Assembly (NCBI GenBank): GCA_044223005.1
Contig: JBGAML010000015.1
Coordinates: 1 to 64,000, forward strand
DNA: 64,000 nt
Reading direction: 5' to 3'
DNA from: Candidatus Eiseniibacteriota bacterium
GTDB lineage: Bacteria; Eisenbacteria; RBG-16-71-46
Part shown: in pieces, positions 50,356-60,805 of the stretch
How the letters are laid out: each line of letters opens with the position of its first letter
Position numbering within the stretch: the stretch's first letter is position 1
Position numbers and translations under genes: made by a program
The notes under the pieces: model-generated
What the model was told of the DNA's origin: nothing
What the model saw: the letters and a program-made list of their open reading frames with translations, nothing else
Database searches by the model: none

Positions 50356-51555
50356 TCAGAGCCCCGTGACGCCCGCGTCGCGCAGGGCGTCCCGCAGGTC
50401 GTCCTCCGGGTGCAGGCCCAGCAGGACCTGAGCGACCTTGCCGTCCGCTCCCACGATCACGGTGAGCGGAATCGACGACGCCCCGTAGAGCTGGCCCACC
50501 TTGCCGTCGCGGTCGAGCAGCACGGGCACCGTGACCCCGGCCTCCTTGAGGAAGTCGCGGATCTCCTGGGGCTGGTCGCGCTCGTTGACGGCGAAGAAGC
50601 GGACGTTGCGGCCCTTCAGTTCGCGCTCGAGCTTCGCGACGATCGGCATCCAGCGGCGGCACGGTCCGCACCACGTCGCCCAGAAGTCGAGCACGACCAC
50701 CTTGCCGCGCAGCGCCCGCAACGACACGCGCGTGGTCCCCGCGAGGTTGGCGAGCGTGAACTCCGGCGCCGGCTTGCCCTCGAGATCCGGACCTTCCGCG
50801 CCGGGCCGCTGCGGCTGGCGCACGCGCTTGAAGTCCGCCGGCACCGCGAGCGTGTAGAGCGCGTCCGGGCCGCCGCTCGTGACGTCGGCCAGCGCGAAAC
50901 GCAGCCCCTGCTCGAGGCCCGCGTGGCCGCCGGCACCGGAACTGGTCACCGAGATCGAATCGCGCAGCACGATCATGCGGGCTTCGTCCACCCAGAGCGA
51001 ACGCGCCATGGTGCTGGTCGCGCCGCCGCGCGACTGAGGGATGTAGGCGAGTTCTATCCGGCGGCAGTCCACCGGGCCCGCCGACGTGACGACGGTGTCG
51101 CGCCCGGCGTCGGTCGCGCTCGTCACGTTGGCCGCGAGGTCGCCGAAGAAGCGCATGGGCTTGAGCACGGAGGCGAGGTCGGAACTGTCGGGATTCGCGG
51201 GCACGCGACGCACCATGTACTGGCGCAGCGCCGGGAAGAGGACGCGCACCGAATCGCCGTCGGCCACGGTCGTCGTGCCCATCGCCGAGGAGCGGATCTC
51301 GTTCCGCACCCGCCCGGGGCCGCGGCCGGCGAACACGAACGGCGCTTCCGAGCGCGCGGGCGGCTCCAGCGAATCGCGCACCATCGCCGAGATCATCTGG
51401 CCTTCGAAATGGAAGGTGTGCAGCGTCGCGTAGCGCGCCGACAGCGAATCGAGCAGTGCCTGCGGCGCGAGGGCCGCGCGCGCCGGAACCCACGGCAGGA
51501 GCGCCCCGAGGATGGCGAAGGCGAGAACGGCGAAGCGGGACGTCGGGGCACGCAT
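50356..51555 (-). CDS. Exported LolA-like domain fused to TlpA/ResA thioredoxin
   Basis: Signal peptide; beta-rich N-terminal domain; DFWATWCGPC, SIPLT. Confidence 0.8.
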   Translation of the reverse strand: MRAPTSRFAVLAFAILGALLPWVPARAALAPQALLDSLSARYATLHTFHFEGQMISAMVRDSLEPPARSEAPFVFAGRGPGRVRNEIRSSAMGTTTVADGDSVRVLFPALRQYMVRRVPANPDSSDLASVLKPMRFFGDLAANVTSATDAGRDTVVTSAGPVDCRRIELAYIPQSRGGATSTMARSLWVDEARMIVLRDSISVTSSGAGGHAGLEQGLRFALADVTSGGPDALYTLAVPADFKRVRQPQRPGAEGPDLEGKPAPEFTLANLAGTTRVSLRALRGKVVVLDFWATWCGPCRRWMPIVAKLERELKGRNVRFFAVNERDQPQEIRDFLKEAGVTVPVLLDRDGKVGQLYGASSIPLTVIVGADGKVAQVLLGLHPEDDLRDALRDAGVTGL

Positions 51556-51656
51556 GGCGGGATCTCCGATGGGCGCGGCGGGCAACGGGCCGGGGAAGGA
51601 TAGCGCAAGCGCCGGGCGGCGTGGGCCGCCCGGCGCCGGGTGATTTCCGCGGGCGT

Positions 51657-52796
51657 TCAGCGCTTCGCGCCCATCTCCTTCTCACGGGTGGCGATCGCGC
51701 CGAGCAGGTCGTCGTACGACTTGGCGAACGCGACCACGCCTTCGCCCTCCAGCTGGTCGATCAGGTCGTTCACCGGCACGCCCAGCTGCGGCAGGCGCGC
51801 GAACAGCGCGTGCGCGACGGGGAGGTCCTTGCGGATCCGGGCCTCGAGCACGCCGTGCTCGTTGTACGCCACCAGCGTCGCCGGCGGCATCGTGTTCACG
51901 GTGTCCGGGCCGATCAGCTCCTCGACGTAGAGCACGTCGCGGTACGTGGGGTTCTTGGTGCTGGTCGACGCCCAAAGCGGCCGCTGCACGTGCGCGCCCT
52001 TCGCCTTCAGCGTGGCGAAGCGGGACGAGCCGAACACCTTCTCGTACTCCTCGTAGGCGAGCCGCGCGTTGGCGACGGCGGCCTGGCCGCGCAGGGACTC
52101 CAGTTCGGTGCGCTCGGGCGAGCCGGCGGGCAGCGCTGCGGCGCGCTGCTCGATCGCGGCGTCCACCTTGCTGTCCACGCGCGAGATGAAGAACGAGGCG
52201 ACCGAGCGGATGCCCGCGAGGTCGCCACCGGCGGCGGCACGCTGCTCGAGGCCGGAAAGGTAGGCCTCCATCACCTCGCGATAGCGCGCGAGCGAGAAGA
52301 TCAGCGTCACGTTGACGCTGATTCCCGCGGCGGTCGCCGACGCGATCGCAGGCAGGCCTTCGCGGGTCGCCGGGATCTTGATCATGACGTTCGCGCGGTC
52401 GACCGCGGCGTACAGGCGCTTGGCGGCGGCCAGCGTGCCGGGGCCGTCGTGCGCGAGCCGCGGGCTCACCTCGATGCTCACGCGGCCGTCCATGCCGGCG
52501 GAGCCGTCGTAGACGGCGCGCAGCTGGTCGCACGCCATCTGGATGTCCTCGATCGCGAGCGACTCGAACAGCGCCTCACCCGAGAGCCCCTTCGCGACGC
52601 GTTCCGCCATGGCGGTGTCGTAGTCGGTGCTCTTGGCGATCGCCTGCTGGAAGATGGTCGGGTTGGAGGTCACCCCGACGACGCCGTCCTCGCGCACCTG
52701 GCGCGCGAACTCGCCCGAAACCAGCGGACCGCGGCGGATGAAATCGAGCCAGACGCTCTGGCCGAGCTTGAGAAGTTCCTGCGCGCGCGCGCTCAT
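51657..52796 (-). CDS. tal: Transaldolase
   Basis: GQSVWLD, GVTSNPTIF, MIKIPAT, NVTLIFS, ASFFISRVD, RPLWASTS. Confidence 0.95.
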   Translation of the reverse strand: MSARAQELLKLGQSVWLDFIRRGPLVSGEFARQVREDGVVGVTSNPTIFQQAIAKSTDYDTAMAERVAKGLSGEALFESLAIEDIQMACDQLRAVYDGSAGMDGRVSIEVSPRLAHDGPGTLAAAKRLYAAVDRANVMIKIPATREGLPAIASATAAGISVNVTLIFSLARYREVMEAYLSGLEQRAAAGGDLAGIRSVASFFISRVDSKVDAAIEQRAAALPAGSPERTELESLRGQAAVANARLAYEEYEKVFGSSRFATLKAKGAHVQRPLWASTSTKNPTYRDVLYVEELIGPDTVNTMPPATLVAYNEHGVLEARIRKDLPVAHALFARLPQLGVPVNDLIDQLEGEGVVAFAKSYDDLLGAIATREKEMGAKR

Positions 52797-52902
52797 GTGC
52801 CGCTCTCCTCCTGGAATGTGGACCCTGTCGCGATCGTGGCGTTCGCCGCCGAAGATGCGCCCGGGGCGCGGCCGGCGCAAGGCCGGCGCGCCCGGCGGGC
52901 GA

Positions 52903-54399
52903 TCAGGCGGGAAGCCGTCCGTAGAGCTCGGTGAGATCGCGCAGCCGCGCCGCGAGCGCCGGATCGAGCGCGCCGGGCGCGACGCGCCAGCACCAGTTGC
53001 CCGCCGCGCGGCCGGGGAAGTTCATGCGCGCCTCACCGGGCAGCGAGAGCAGGTCCTGCGCGGTCGTGACGAAAGTGTCCGCGACGGAAGCCGCGCCGAG
53101 CCGGATCAGGTCCCACGCGGGATCGCCGACGTCGCGCCCGAGGTAGCGCCGCAGGAACTCGCGCTCGCCGTCGGAGCACGTGTCCCACCAGCCGCGCGTC
53201 GTGTCGTTGTCGTGCGTGCCGGTGTACGCGACGCAGTTGGGGCCGTACGCGTGCGGCAGGAACGCGCTGTCGGTGGCGCCGCCGAAGGCGAACTGCAGGA
53301 TCTTCATGCCGGGGAAATGGAAGCCGTCCCGCAGCGCCTCCACTTCGGGCGTGAGCACGCCCAGGTCCTCGGCGACGATCGGCAGTTCGCCGAGCGCGGC
53401 CTCCATCGCATGGAACAGCGCGGCACCGGGGCCCGGCTCGAAGCGGCCTTCGCGCGCGTCGGGCGCGCCGGCGGGCACCTGCCAGCTGCGCGTGAAGCCG
53501 ATGAAGTGATCGAGCCGCACGCGGTCCACGAGCTCGAACTGCGCTCGCACGCGCGCGATCCACCACGCGTAACCCTCTTCGGCAAGCGCGTCCCAGCGGT
53601 AGAGCGGATTGCCCCAGAGCTGGCCGGTCTCGCTGAAGTAGTCCGGCGGCACGCCCGCGACCACGGTGGGCCGGCCCGCGTCGTCGAGGTGGAAGAGTTC
53701 GGGGCGCGACCACACGTCGGCCGAGTCGTACGCGACGAAGATCGGCGCGTCGCCGAGGATCGCGATCCCGCGCGACTGCGCGTACGAACGCAGGGCGGTC
53801 CACTGGCGGAAGAACGCCCAGTGCGCGAAGCGCGTCGCGTGCAGGCCGTCGGCGTGACGGCCGCGCGCCGCGGTCACCGCGGCCGGCTCGCGCCGGCGCA
53901 GCGGTTCCGGCCAGTCGCACCACGCCGCGCCGCCGTGCGCATCCTTCAGCGCCGTGAAGAGCGCGTAGTCCTCGAGCCACGCCGCGTGCCGCTCGCACCA
54001 GCTGCGGAACTCCGCCTGCCGCGCCGGCGCGCCGTGCTCGCGGAAGCGGGCCGCGGCGCGTTCCAGCCGCTCGCGTTTCCACCCGATCACCCAGCCGTAG
54101 TCGATCGTATCGCTCGGGAACGCGGGCACGTCGGCGAGTTCGGCGGGATCGAGCAGGCCGTCCCGGACGAGGTCGTCCAGGCTCACGAGCAGCGGGTTGC
54201 CCGCGAACGCCGAGAAGCACTGGTAGGGCGAATCGCCGTAGCCGGTGGGACCCAGCGGCAGGACCTGCCAGAGTGACTGGCCGGCGGCCGCGAGGAAGTC
54301 GACGAAGGCGCGCGCCTCGGCGCCGAGGTCGCCGATGCCGTGGGCGCCGGGAAGGGACGTGGGGTGGAGGAGCACGCCACTGCTGCGGGGAAAGCGCAC
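52903..54399 (-). CDS. malQ: 4-alpha-glucanotransferase (GH77)
   Basis: GVLLHPTSLP, GVPPDYFSETGQLWGNP, RLDHF, AEDLG, YTGTHDN. Confidence 0.95.
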   Translation of the reverse strand: MRFPRSSGVLLHPTSLPGAHGIGDLGAEARAFVDFLAAAGQSLWQVLPLGPTGYGDSPYQCFSAFAGNPLLVSLDDLVRDGLLDPAELADVPAFPSDTIDYGWVIGWKRERLERAAARFREHGAPARQAEFRSWCERHAAWLEDYALFTALKDAHGGAAWCDWPEPLRRREPAAVTAARGRHADGLHATRFAHWAFFRQWTALRSYAQSRGIAILGDAPIFVAYDSADVWSRPELFHLDDAGRPTVVAGVPPDYFSETGQLWGNPLYRWDALAEEGYAWWIARVRAQFELVDRVRLDHFIGFTRSWQVPAGAPDAREGRFEPGPGAALFHAMEAALGELPIVAEDLGVLTPEVEALRDGFHFPGMKILQFAFGGATDSAFLPHAYGPNCVAYTGTHDNDTTRGWWDTCSDGEREFLRRYLGRDVGDPAWDLIRLGAASVADTFVTTAQDLLSLPGEARMNFPGRAAGNWCWRVAPGALDPALAARLRDLTELYGRLPA

Positions 54400-54549
54400 G
54401 ACGGTTCTCCAGCGTTCGAAGGTGGGGACGTGATGCGAGGTCCCGCGCATTCTCGGCGGGCTCGCGCGCGCGGGCAAGTGCGCGGAGCGCAGGGTGCGTC
54501 GGGTTGCGCTATCGTCGCGCGCGGCCCCACGCCCTCCCGGAGGCTTCGC

Positions 54550-56136
54550 ATGCCGCGCCGCGTCCTGTCGCTCGCATTCCTCGCCGTCGCCCTGTCCGCC
54601 GCACCGGCGCACGCCGCGTCCCAGGTGACCGTGATCGCCGGCAACGACACCGTCGCGGTCGAGCGCTGGACCGAGGTGCCGGGGCACGCGGAGGGCTCGC
54701 TGCTGACGCCCGGTGCGCACACGCGCACGCACTGGTCGCTCGCGTACGCTCCCGCGAGCGCGTCCGGGCCGGCGCTCGCGCAGCGCGTCGCACTCGAGGT
54801 GCGCGGCGACGCGGCGCCCGATACGAGCGCGCCGCGACAGAAGGTGGCGTGCACGTTCTCCGGCGGCGAAGTGGCGGTCGAGGTCGGCGCGAGTTCGCAG
54901 ACCGTTCCGGCGACGGCCGGCGCGTGGCCGTACCTCAACCCCTCGTTCGCGATGCTCGCGATGCGGCTGCGCGGCGTGCACCCGGCCGCGGGCGAGGAGC
55001 TCGCGCTACCGCTCTTCCTGCTCTCCGGCGGGCGTTCGCTCGCGGCGGGCGTGCGCGCGGGCACCGGTGACACGCTGCTCGTCACGATCGCGGGGATCGA
55101 GTTGCGCGTCGTTCTCGATTCGCACGGCCGCCTGCTCGGCGGCACGGTGCCGGCGCAGGGACTGCGGCTCGCGTGCTCGGAAGTGGCCAGCGACGCGCCG
55201 GCGGCGGCCGTGGGGGCGAGCTCCTACGCGGCACCCGCCGATGCGCCGTACACGGCCGAGGACGTGACGATCGCGGGCCCCGGCGGCATCACGCTCGCGG
55301 GCACGCTCACGGTCCCGAAGCAGCGCGGCATCCACCCACTCTTCCCGTCGGTGCTGCTGCTCACGGGATCGGGCCAGCAGGATCGTGACGAGGCGATCCC
55401 GATGATCCCGGGCTACCGCCCGTTCCGCCAGATCGCCGACGTGCTCGCAAGACATCACATCGCGTCGCTGCGCCTCGACGATCGGGGCGTCGGCGGTTCC
55501 GGTGGCGATCCGACGAAATCCACGACGGCGGACTTCACGGAGGATGCGCGGGCCGCGATCGCGTGGCTGCGGCACCGTCCCGGGTTCGAACCGTCGCTCG
55601 TCGCCGTGCTCGGCCACAGCGAGGGCGGTCTCGAAGCGCTGATGCTCGCGGCCGGACCGCTGCCGCCCGCGGCGATCGTGCTCATGGCGGCGCCCTCGTG
55701 GAACGGGCGGCGCGTGATCGAGGACCAGAACCGGCGCGTGCTCGCGCGTTCGGCCGAGGTCGCTCCCGACGACCGGCCCGCGCGGCTCGCGCAGGCGATG
55801 GCGACCGTGGATTCCATGGGCACCCGGAATCCCTGGCTCGGGTACTTCCTCGCGTGCGATCCGCTCGCGTACGCGAAGCGCGCGAAGGTGCCCGCGCTCG
55901 TGCTTCAGGGCGAGACGGACCAGCAGGTGGATCCGAAGCAGGCGAGCGAGCTCGCTTCCGCGCTGCGTGCGGCGGGTGCTGCGGACGTCACGCTGCAGAC
56001 GTTCCCGGCGACCGACCATCTCTTCCTCGCCGACCCCGACGGAGATCCGTCCGGCTACCCGAAGCTCGCCTCGCACACGATCGATGGCGCGATCCTCGAG
56101 CGGATCGCGGGCTGGCTCGCGGACCGGCTGAAGTGA
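54550..56136 (+). CDS. Secreted alpha/beta hydrolase
   Basis: Signal peptide; GSGQQDRD, DDRGVG, GHSEG, QGETD, DHLF. Confidence 0.85.
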   Translation: MPRRVLSLAFLAVALSAAPAHAASQVTVIAGNDTVAVERWTEVPGHAEGSLLTPGAHTRTHWSLAYAPASASGPALAQRVALEVRGDAAPDTSAPRQKVACTFSGGEVAVEVGASSQTVPATAGAWPYLNPSFAMLAMRLRGVHPAAGEELALPLFLLSGGRSLAAGVRAGTGDTLLVTIAGIELRVVLDSHGRLLGGTVPAQGLRLACSEVASDAPAAAVGASSYAAPADAPYTAEDVTIAGPGGITLAGTLTVPKQRGIHPLFPSVLLLTGSGQQDRDEAIPMIPGYRPFRQIADVLARHHIASLRLDDRGVGGSGGDPTKSTTADFTEDARAAIAWLRHRPGFEPSLVAVLGHSEGGLEALMLAAGPLPPAAIVLMAAPSWNGRRVIEDQNRRVLARSAEVAPDDRPARLAQAMATVDSMGTRNPWLGYFLACDPLAYAKRAKVPALVLQGETDQQVDPKQASELASALRAAGAADVTLQTFPATDHLFLADPDGDPSGYPKLASHTIDGAILERIAGWLADRLK

Positions 56137-56137
56137 C

Positions 56138-57643
56138 TCAGCGCGGCGCCGACGCCACGAGCCGCGCGAGCTCCGCCGCGGGCAGCACGCGCAGGTGGCC
56201 GTCCGGGCGATAGACCGCCCATGGCTCGCTGGAGTCCGCGGGCGCGAACGTCCGCTCGAAGCGCACCGAGTCGAGTCCCGGTACGGTGAGGCGCAACACG
56301 AGGCCGTCCAGGAGCGCCGCGCGCACGTTGCGCTCGAAGTACGACTCCTTCGCGGGATCGTCGCCGCGCTGCGCCGCGATCGCCATCGACTGCGGCGACC
56401 ACATCGCGAGCGGCGCATGCGGCGGAAGGTGCGCGTCGCGCACGTCGGCAATCGCGGCCTCGGCGATGCGCGCGCGGTCCACGACGCCGTCGGCGCGAAG
56501 CTCGGGCAGCAGGAACGGCATCGACGCGATCTTGTCCACGACCGCGACACCGTTGGCGGCGAAGAGCGCCGCGAGCACCAGCGCGACCGGCCACGCCACC
56601 TTCGCCGGCCGGCGCTCGAGCAGCGCGTCCGCGAACAGCGCGACGAGCGCGGCCACGCCCGCCAACGCGCCGTAGAGGTAGTAGTGGTACGTGTGGCGCG
56701 TGAGCGGCAGCACCGGCGCGAGCAGCGCGAACACGACGATCGCGATCGCGGCCCCGCCGCGAGCGCGCAGCGCGGGCACGAATGCCGCGGCGGCCAGCAG
56801 CACGAGCATCGCACCGCCCCAGGCGAACGCGCCCGGATCGATCGCATCCGTGAAGGCGTGCATCGTGGGCAACCACGCGTTCGCGGCCCAACTCATGTAG
56901 GTGAGCAGCGTGGGCAGGAGTTGCGCCGGGTCGGTCGCGTACGCCTCGCGCGCGGGCATCGCGTGCGCCGCGGCGGCGGTCTCGACGAAGCGCGCCGGAA
57001 TCACCACGAGCGCGAAGTAGGCGATCTCCGCCACCGCGAGTCCCGCGAGCGCGAGCCACGCCGGATCGCGCGGGCCGACGTCGCGGTGGTCCTGCGCACG
57101 CGCCACGGCCCACACCACGATCGGCAGCAGCACCACGGACTCCTTCTCGAGCAGCGCGAGCGCGAAGAGCGGCAGCGCGCCCCAGCGCGCGCGTCCCGGC
57201 CGCAGCGCCAGCACCAGTGCCCCGAGCGAGAAGAACGTCGCCATCACGTCGCTGTGCGCCGAGAACCACCAGAGCGCATGGAACGACGCGGGATGCGCGG
57301 CGAAGAACGCCGCGCCCACGAGCGCCGCGGGCGCGCCCCAGCGGCGCGCGAACAGCAACGCGAGGCCCGCCGCCACCAGCGCGTGCGCGGCGAGCGGCAG
57401 CAGGTGCCACGGGCCGCCGCGCATGCCGAAGAGCGGGAGCAGCGCGTCGTACGTGCCCTGCGCGGCCAGCCAGCGCCACGGCTGCACGAGCCGCGGCAGC
57501 AGGCCGGACGCGCGCGCGACGCCGAACCAGTCGTCCTGAGAGAAGCCGATGCCGAGCGCGCCGCGGAAGACGGCGACGCCGATCGCGGCCGCGAGCAGCG
57601 CCGCCACGGCGAGGCCCGCGGCCGCGGGGCCCGCCGGCGCCAC
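56138..57643 (-). CDS. GT-C-like polytopic membrane protein
   Basis: FSQDDW, ALLEKESVV, YYLY; multiple TM; start uncertain. Confidence 0.65.
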   Translation of the reverse strand: MAPAGPAAAGLAVAALLAAAIGVAVFRGALGIGFSQDDWFGVARASGLLPRLVQPWRWLAAQGTYDALLPLFGMRGGPWHLLPLAAHALVAAGLALLFARRWGAPAALVGAAFFAAHPASFHALWWFSAHSDVMATFFSLGALVLALRPGRARWGALPLFALALLEKESVVLLPIVVWAVARAQDHRDVGPRDPAWLALAGLAVAEIAYFALVVIPARFVETAAAAHAMPAREAYATDPAQLLPTLLTYMSWAANAWLPTMHAFTDAIDPGAFAWGGAMLVLLAAAAFVPALRARGGAAIAIVVFALLAPVLPLTRHTYHYYLYGALAGVAALVALFADALLERRPAKVAWPVALVLAALFAANGVAVVDKIASMPFLLPELRADGVVDRARIAEAAIADVRDAHLPPHAPLAMWSPQSMAIAAQRGDDPAKESYFERNVRAALLDGLVLRLTVPGLDSVRFERTFAPADSSEPWAVYRPDGHLRVLPAAELARLVASAPR

Positions 57644-57675
57644 CGATGGCGCGGCCCCGCGCGAGGCGCGGGACT

Positions 57676-59685
57676 TCAGCGCGCGAGCCACTCCCGGACC
57701 CGGTTCGCCACCGCTTCGCCGGTGAAGCCGAAGTGCTTCGCGAGCTCGCCCGCCGGCGCGGATTCGCCGTAACGGTCGAGCCCGATCGCCAGGCCGTTCT
57801 CGCCGACGATCCGGTACCAGTCGTCCGTGATGGATGCCTCGACCGAGACGCGGGCGCCGCGCGGCGGCAGCACGAGCTCGCGCCACGCGGGCTCCTGCTT
57901 CAGGAAGAGCTTCGGCGCCGGCATGCTCACGACGCGCGTCGCGACGCCCTCGGCGGCGAGCCGCTTCGCGGCGTCGATCGCGGCGCCGAGCTCCGAGCCC
58001 GAGCCGATGAACGTGACCGCGTCCGGTGCGTCGTTCTCGCGCACCACGTAGCCACCGCGGCGGAAGCCCGCGGGCGCGAAGTTCGCCGGGCGTTCCACGA
58101 GGTCGGTGGCCTGCCGGCTCAGCGCGATCAGCGTCGGGCCGTCGCGGCGTTCGAGCGCGAGACCCCACGCGGCGGCCGTCTCGAGGCCGTCGGCGGGGCG
58201 CACGACGAGCAGGTTCGGGATCGCGCGCAGCGCAGCGAGGTGCTCGACCGGCTGGTGCGTGGGCCCGTCCTCGCCGACGAAGATCGAGTCGTGCGTGAAC
58301 ACCCAGATCACCGGCAGGCCCATGATCGCCGACAGCCGGATCGCAGGCCGCGCGTAGTCGGTGAAGACGAGGAACGACGAACCGTACGGCACGAAGCCCG
58401 TCGCGAGCGCCATGCCGTTCATCACCGCGCCCATGCCGAGTTCGCGGATCCCGAAGTGCAGGTTGCGGCCCGAGAAGTCGCCGCGCTGCACCGACGGCGA
58501 GTCCTTGATGCGTGTCTTGGTGCTCGGCTCGAGATCGGCGCTGCCACCGACCAGTGCCGGCACGAGCGCCGCCGCCTTCTGCAGGACGGCGTTGCCGTGC
58601 GCGCGCGTCGCGGCCGACGCCGTGGGCGCGGCCGCGCACAGCTGCTCGAGGATGTCCTCGGGCACCCGGCGCTCCATGATCGCGTCCCACTGCGCCGCGC
58701 GCGCAGGTTCGGCCGCACGCCATGCCTTCATGCCCGCGTGCCAGGCGTCGTAGCCGGGCTTCAGCTCCGCGGCGCGCGCGGCGAAGCGGGCGCGCACTTC
58801 GTCGGGCACGAGGAACGCCGGCGACTCGGGCCAGCCGAGCGCACGCTTGGCGGCCGCCATCTCCTCGGCGCCGAGCGGCTCGCCGTGCACGTGCGACGTG
58901 TCCTGCTTGTGCGGCGCGCCGTAGCCGATGTGGCTGCGGCAGATCACGAGGCTCGGGCGCTCGGTCTCGGCGACCGCGAGCGTGAGCGCGCGCTCGAGTT
59001 CCGCGTGGTCGTAGGGGTTCGCGCGCAGCACGTGCCAGCCGTACGCCTCGAAGCGCTTGGCCACGTCCTCGCTGAACGCGAGCGAGGTGTCGCCCTCGAT
59101 CGTGATGTGGTTGTCGTCGTAGACGAACACGAGATTGCCGAGCCCGAGGTGCCCCGCGAGCGAGGCGGATTCGTGCGAGATGCCTTCCATGAGGTCGCCG
59201 TCGCCGCAGATGCCGAACACGCGCCAGTCGACCGGCGCGAAGCCCGGCGTGTTGAAGCGCGCCGCCGCCATGCGGCCCGCGAGCGCCATGCCGACCGCGT
59301 TGCCGATGCCCTGGCCGAGCGGACCGGTCGTGGTCTCGACGCCCGGCGTCATGCCGTACTCCGGGTGACCGGGCGTGATGCTGCCGAGCTGGCGGAACGA
59401 CTGCAGGTCCTGCATCGACACCTTGCCGCCCGAGAGGTGCAGCATCGAATAGAGCAGCGCCGAGCCGTGTCCCGCGCTCAGCACGAAGCGGTCGCGGCCG
59501 GCCCACGTGGGATCGGCCGGCTGCCAGCGCATGAACTTCGTCCACAGCACGTACGCCACGTCCGCCATGCCCATCGGCATGCCGGGGTGCCCGGACTTCG
59601 CCTTCTCGACCGTGTCGGCGGCGAGGAAACGAATGCAGTGGATCGCGAGCTGGTCGAGCGCTTCGGGCGTGGGTGCGGCGTTCAC
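57676..59685 (-). CDS. tkt: Transketolase
   Basis: [43 protein letters not shown] overlap with glk. Confidence 0.96.
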   Translation of the reverse strand: MNAAPTPEALDQLAIHCIRFLAADTVEKAKSGHPGMPMGMADVAYVLWTKFMRWQPADPTWAGRDRFVLSAGHGSALLYSMLHLSGGKVSMQDLQSFRQLGSITPGHPEYGMTPGVETTTGPLGQGIGNAVGMALAGRMAAARFNTPGFAPVDWRVFGICGDGDLMEGISHESASLAGHLGLGNLVFVYDDNHITIEGDTSLAFSEDVAKRFEAYGWHVLRANPYDHAELERALTLAVAETERPSLVICRSHIGYGAPHKQDTSHVHGEPLGAEEMAAAKRALGWPESPAFLVPDEVRARFAARAAELKPGYDAWHAGMKAWRAAEPARAAQWDAIMERRVPEDILEQLCAAAPTASAATRAHGNAVLQKAAALVPALVGGSADLEPSTKTRIKDSPSVQRGDFSGRNLHFGIRELGMGAVMNGMALATGFVPYGSSFLVFTDYARPAIRLSAIMGLPVIWVFTHDSIFVGEDGPTHQPVEHLAALRAIPNLLVVRPADGLETAAAWGLALERRDGPTLIALSRQATDLVERPANFAPAGFRRGGYVVRENDAPDAVTFIGSGSELGAAIDAAKRLAAEGVATRVVSMPAPKLFLKQEPAWRELVLPPRGARVSVEASITDDWYRIVGENGLAIGLDRYGESAPAGELAKHFGFTGEAVANRVREWLAR

Positions 59686-60695
59686 GAAGACCTCCGGGTG
59701 CCGGTGGACGAGGGGGCGCCCTCGCCGCCCGCGAGCGCGCGTGCGGCGGCGCCCCAGACGGCGGTGCGCGCATCGAGCACGACCGAGACGGGAATGCGGG
59801 TGAGGACCGGGCTCAGCCGGCCCTTCTCGAAAAACGCGTGCGCGAAGCCGCCGCGCGTGAGGGCGGGGAGCATCTTGGGCGCGATGCCGCCGCCGACGAA
59901 CACGCCGCCGAGCGCGAGCGCCTTGAGCGCGAGGTTGCCCGCCTCGGCGCCATAGATGGACACGAAGCGGTCGAGCACGAGCCGTGCGCGTTCGCACGAG
60001 CCGTCGAGCGCGGTCTCGGTGACGATCGCCGCGGGTTGATCGGCGCGGTCGAAGCGCGCGGCGATCTCGGCCGGCTCCTCGCCGCGGCGTGTCTCGCGGA
60101 AGAAGCGGTAGAGATCCGCGAGCCCGGGGCCCGAGAGGATCCGCTCGTAGCTCACGCGGCCGTAGCGGCCACGCAGCCAGTGGAGGAGTTCGTCCTCGAG
60201 CGCGTCGCGCGGGCCGAAGTCGGTGTGGCCGCCCTCGGAGGGCATGGGATGCCAGCCCTCGCCGTCCCACATGAGGATCGATTCGCCGAGCCCGGTGCCC
60301 GCGGCGATCAGCGCACGGTTGCCCGGCGCCGCTTCGCCCGCCTGCAGGGTGACGAGGTCGGAGGAACCGAGGACCGAGAGTCCCCACGCCGTCGCCTCGA
60401 GGTCGTTGAGCAGCGTGACCGGCGCGCCGAGCGATTCCGTCATCGCATTCCCGTCGACGTGCCACGGCAGGTTCGTCGTGATGCAGGCGTTGTCGTGGAC
60501 GGGGCCGGCGATGCCGAGGACGATCCGCTCGGGGCGCGCGCCGGTCTCGGCGAGGAACTGGCGCAGGATCGCGTCCAGCGAGGGCGATCCGGCCGTCGGC
60601 AGGCGGCCTTCGCGCGCGGGCGAGCGGGGTGGGGCGCCGCGTTCGAAGAGGGCCAGCTGGGCCTTGGTGCCGCCGATGTCACCCGCGAGGATCAT
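59682..60695 (-). CDS. glk: Glucokinase
   Basis: GDIGGTK, TNLPW, LNDLEA, GTGLG, EGGH, GGGIAP. Confidence 0.94.
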   Translation of the reverse strand: MILAGDIGGTKAQLALFERGAPPRSPAREGRLPTAGSPSLDAILRQFLAETGARPERIVLGIAGPVHDNACITTNLPWHVDGNAMTESLGAPVTLLNDLEATAWGLSVLGSSDLVTLQAGEAAPGNRALIAAGTGLGESILMWDGEGWHPMPSEGGHTDFGPRDALEDELLHWLRGRYGRVSYERILSGPGLADLYRFFRETRRGEEPAEIAARFDRADQPAAIVTETALDGSCERARLVLDRFVSIYGAEAGNLALKALALGGVFVGGGIAPKMLPALTRGGFAHAFFEKGRLSPVLTRIPVSVVLDARTAVWGAAARALAGGEGAPSSTGTRRSS

Positions 60696-60805
60696 TCGCG
60701 GCATCCTAATGAAGCGCTCCCCGGGGCGCCAGCGCGCGGCCTTGCCCGCGGCGGCGCACGCCCCTAACGTGCGGACGTGCCGGCCGCGACTGCGAGGACC
60801 CGACC

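Noticed and set aside
57644..59773. Fusion of the membrane protein with an upstream 700-aa region
   Set aside because: Off-frame overlap with tkt; not protein-like
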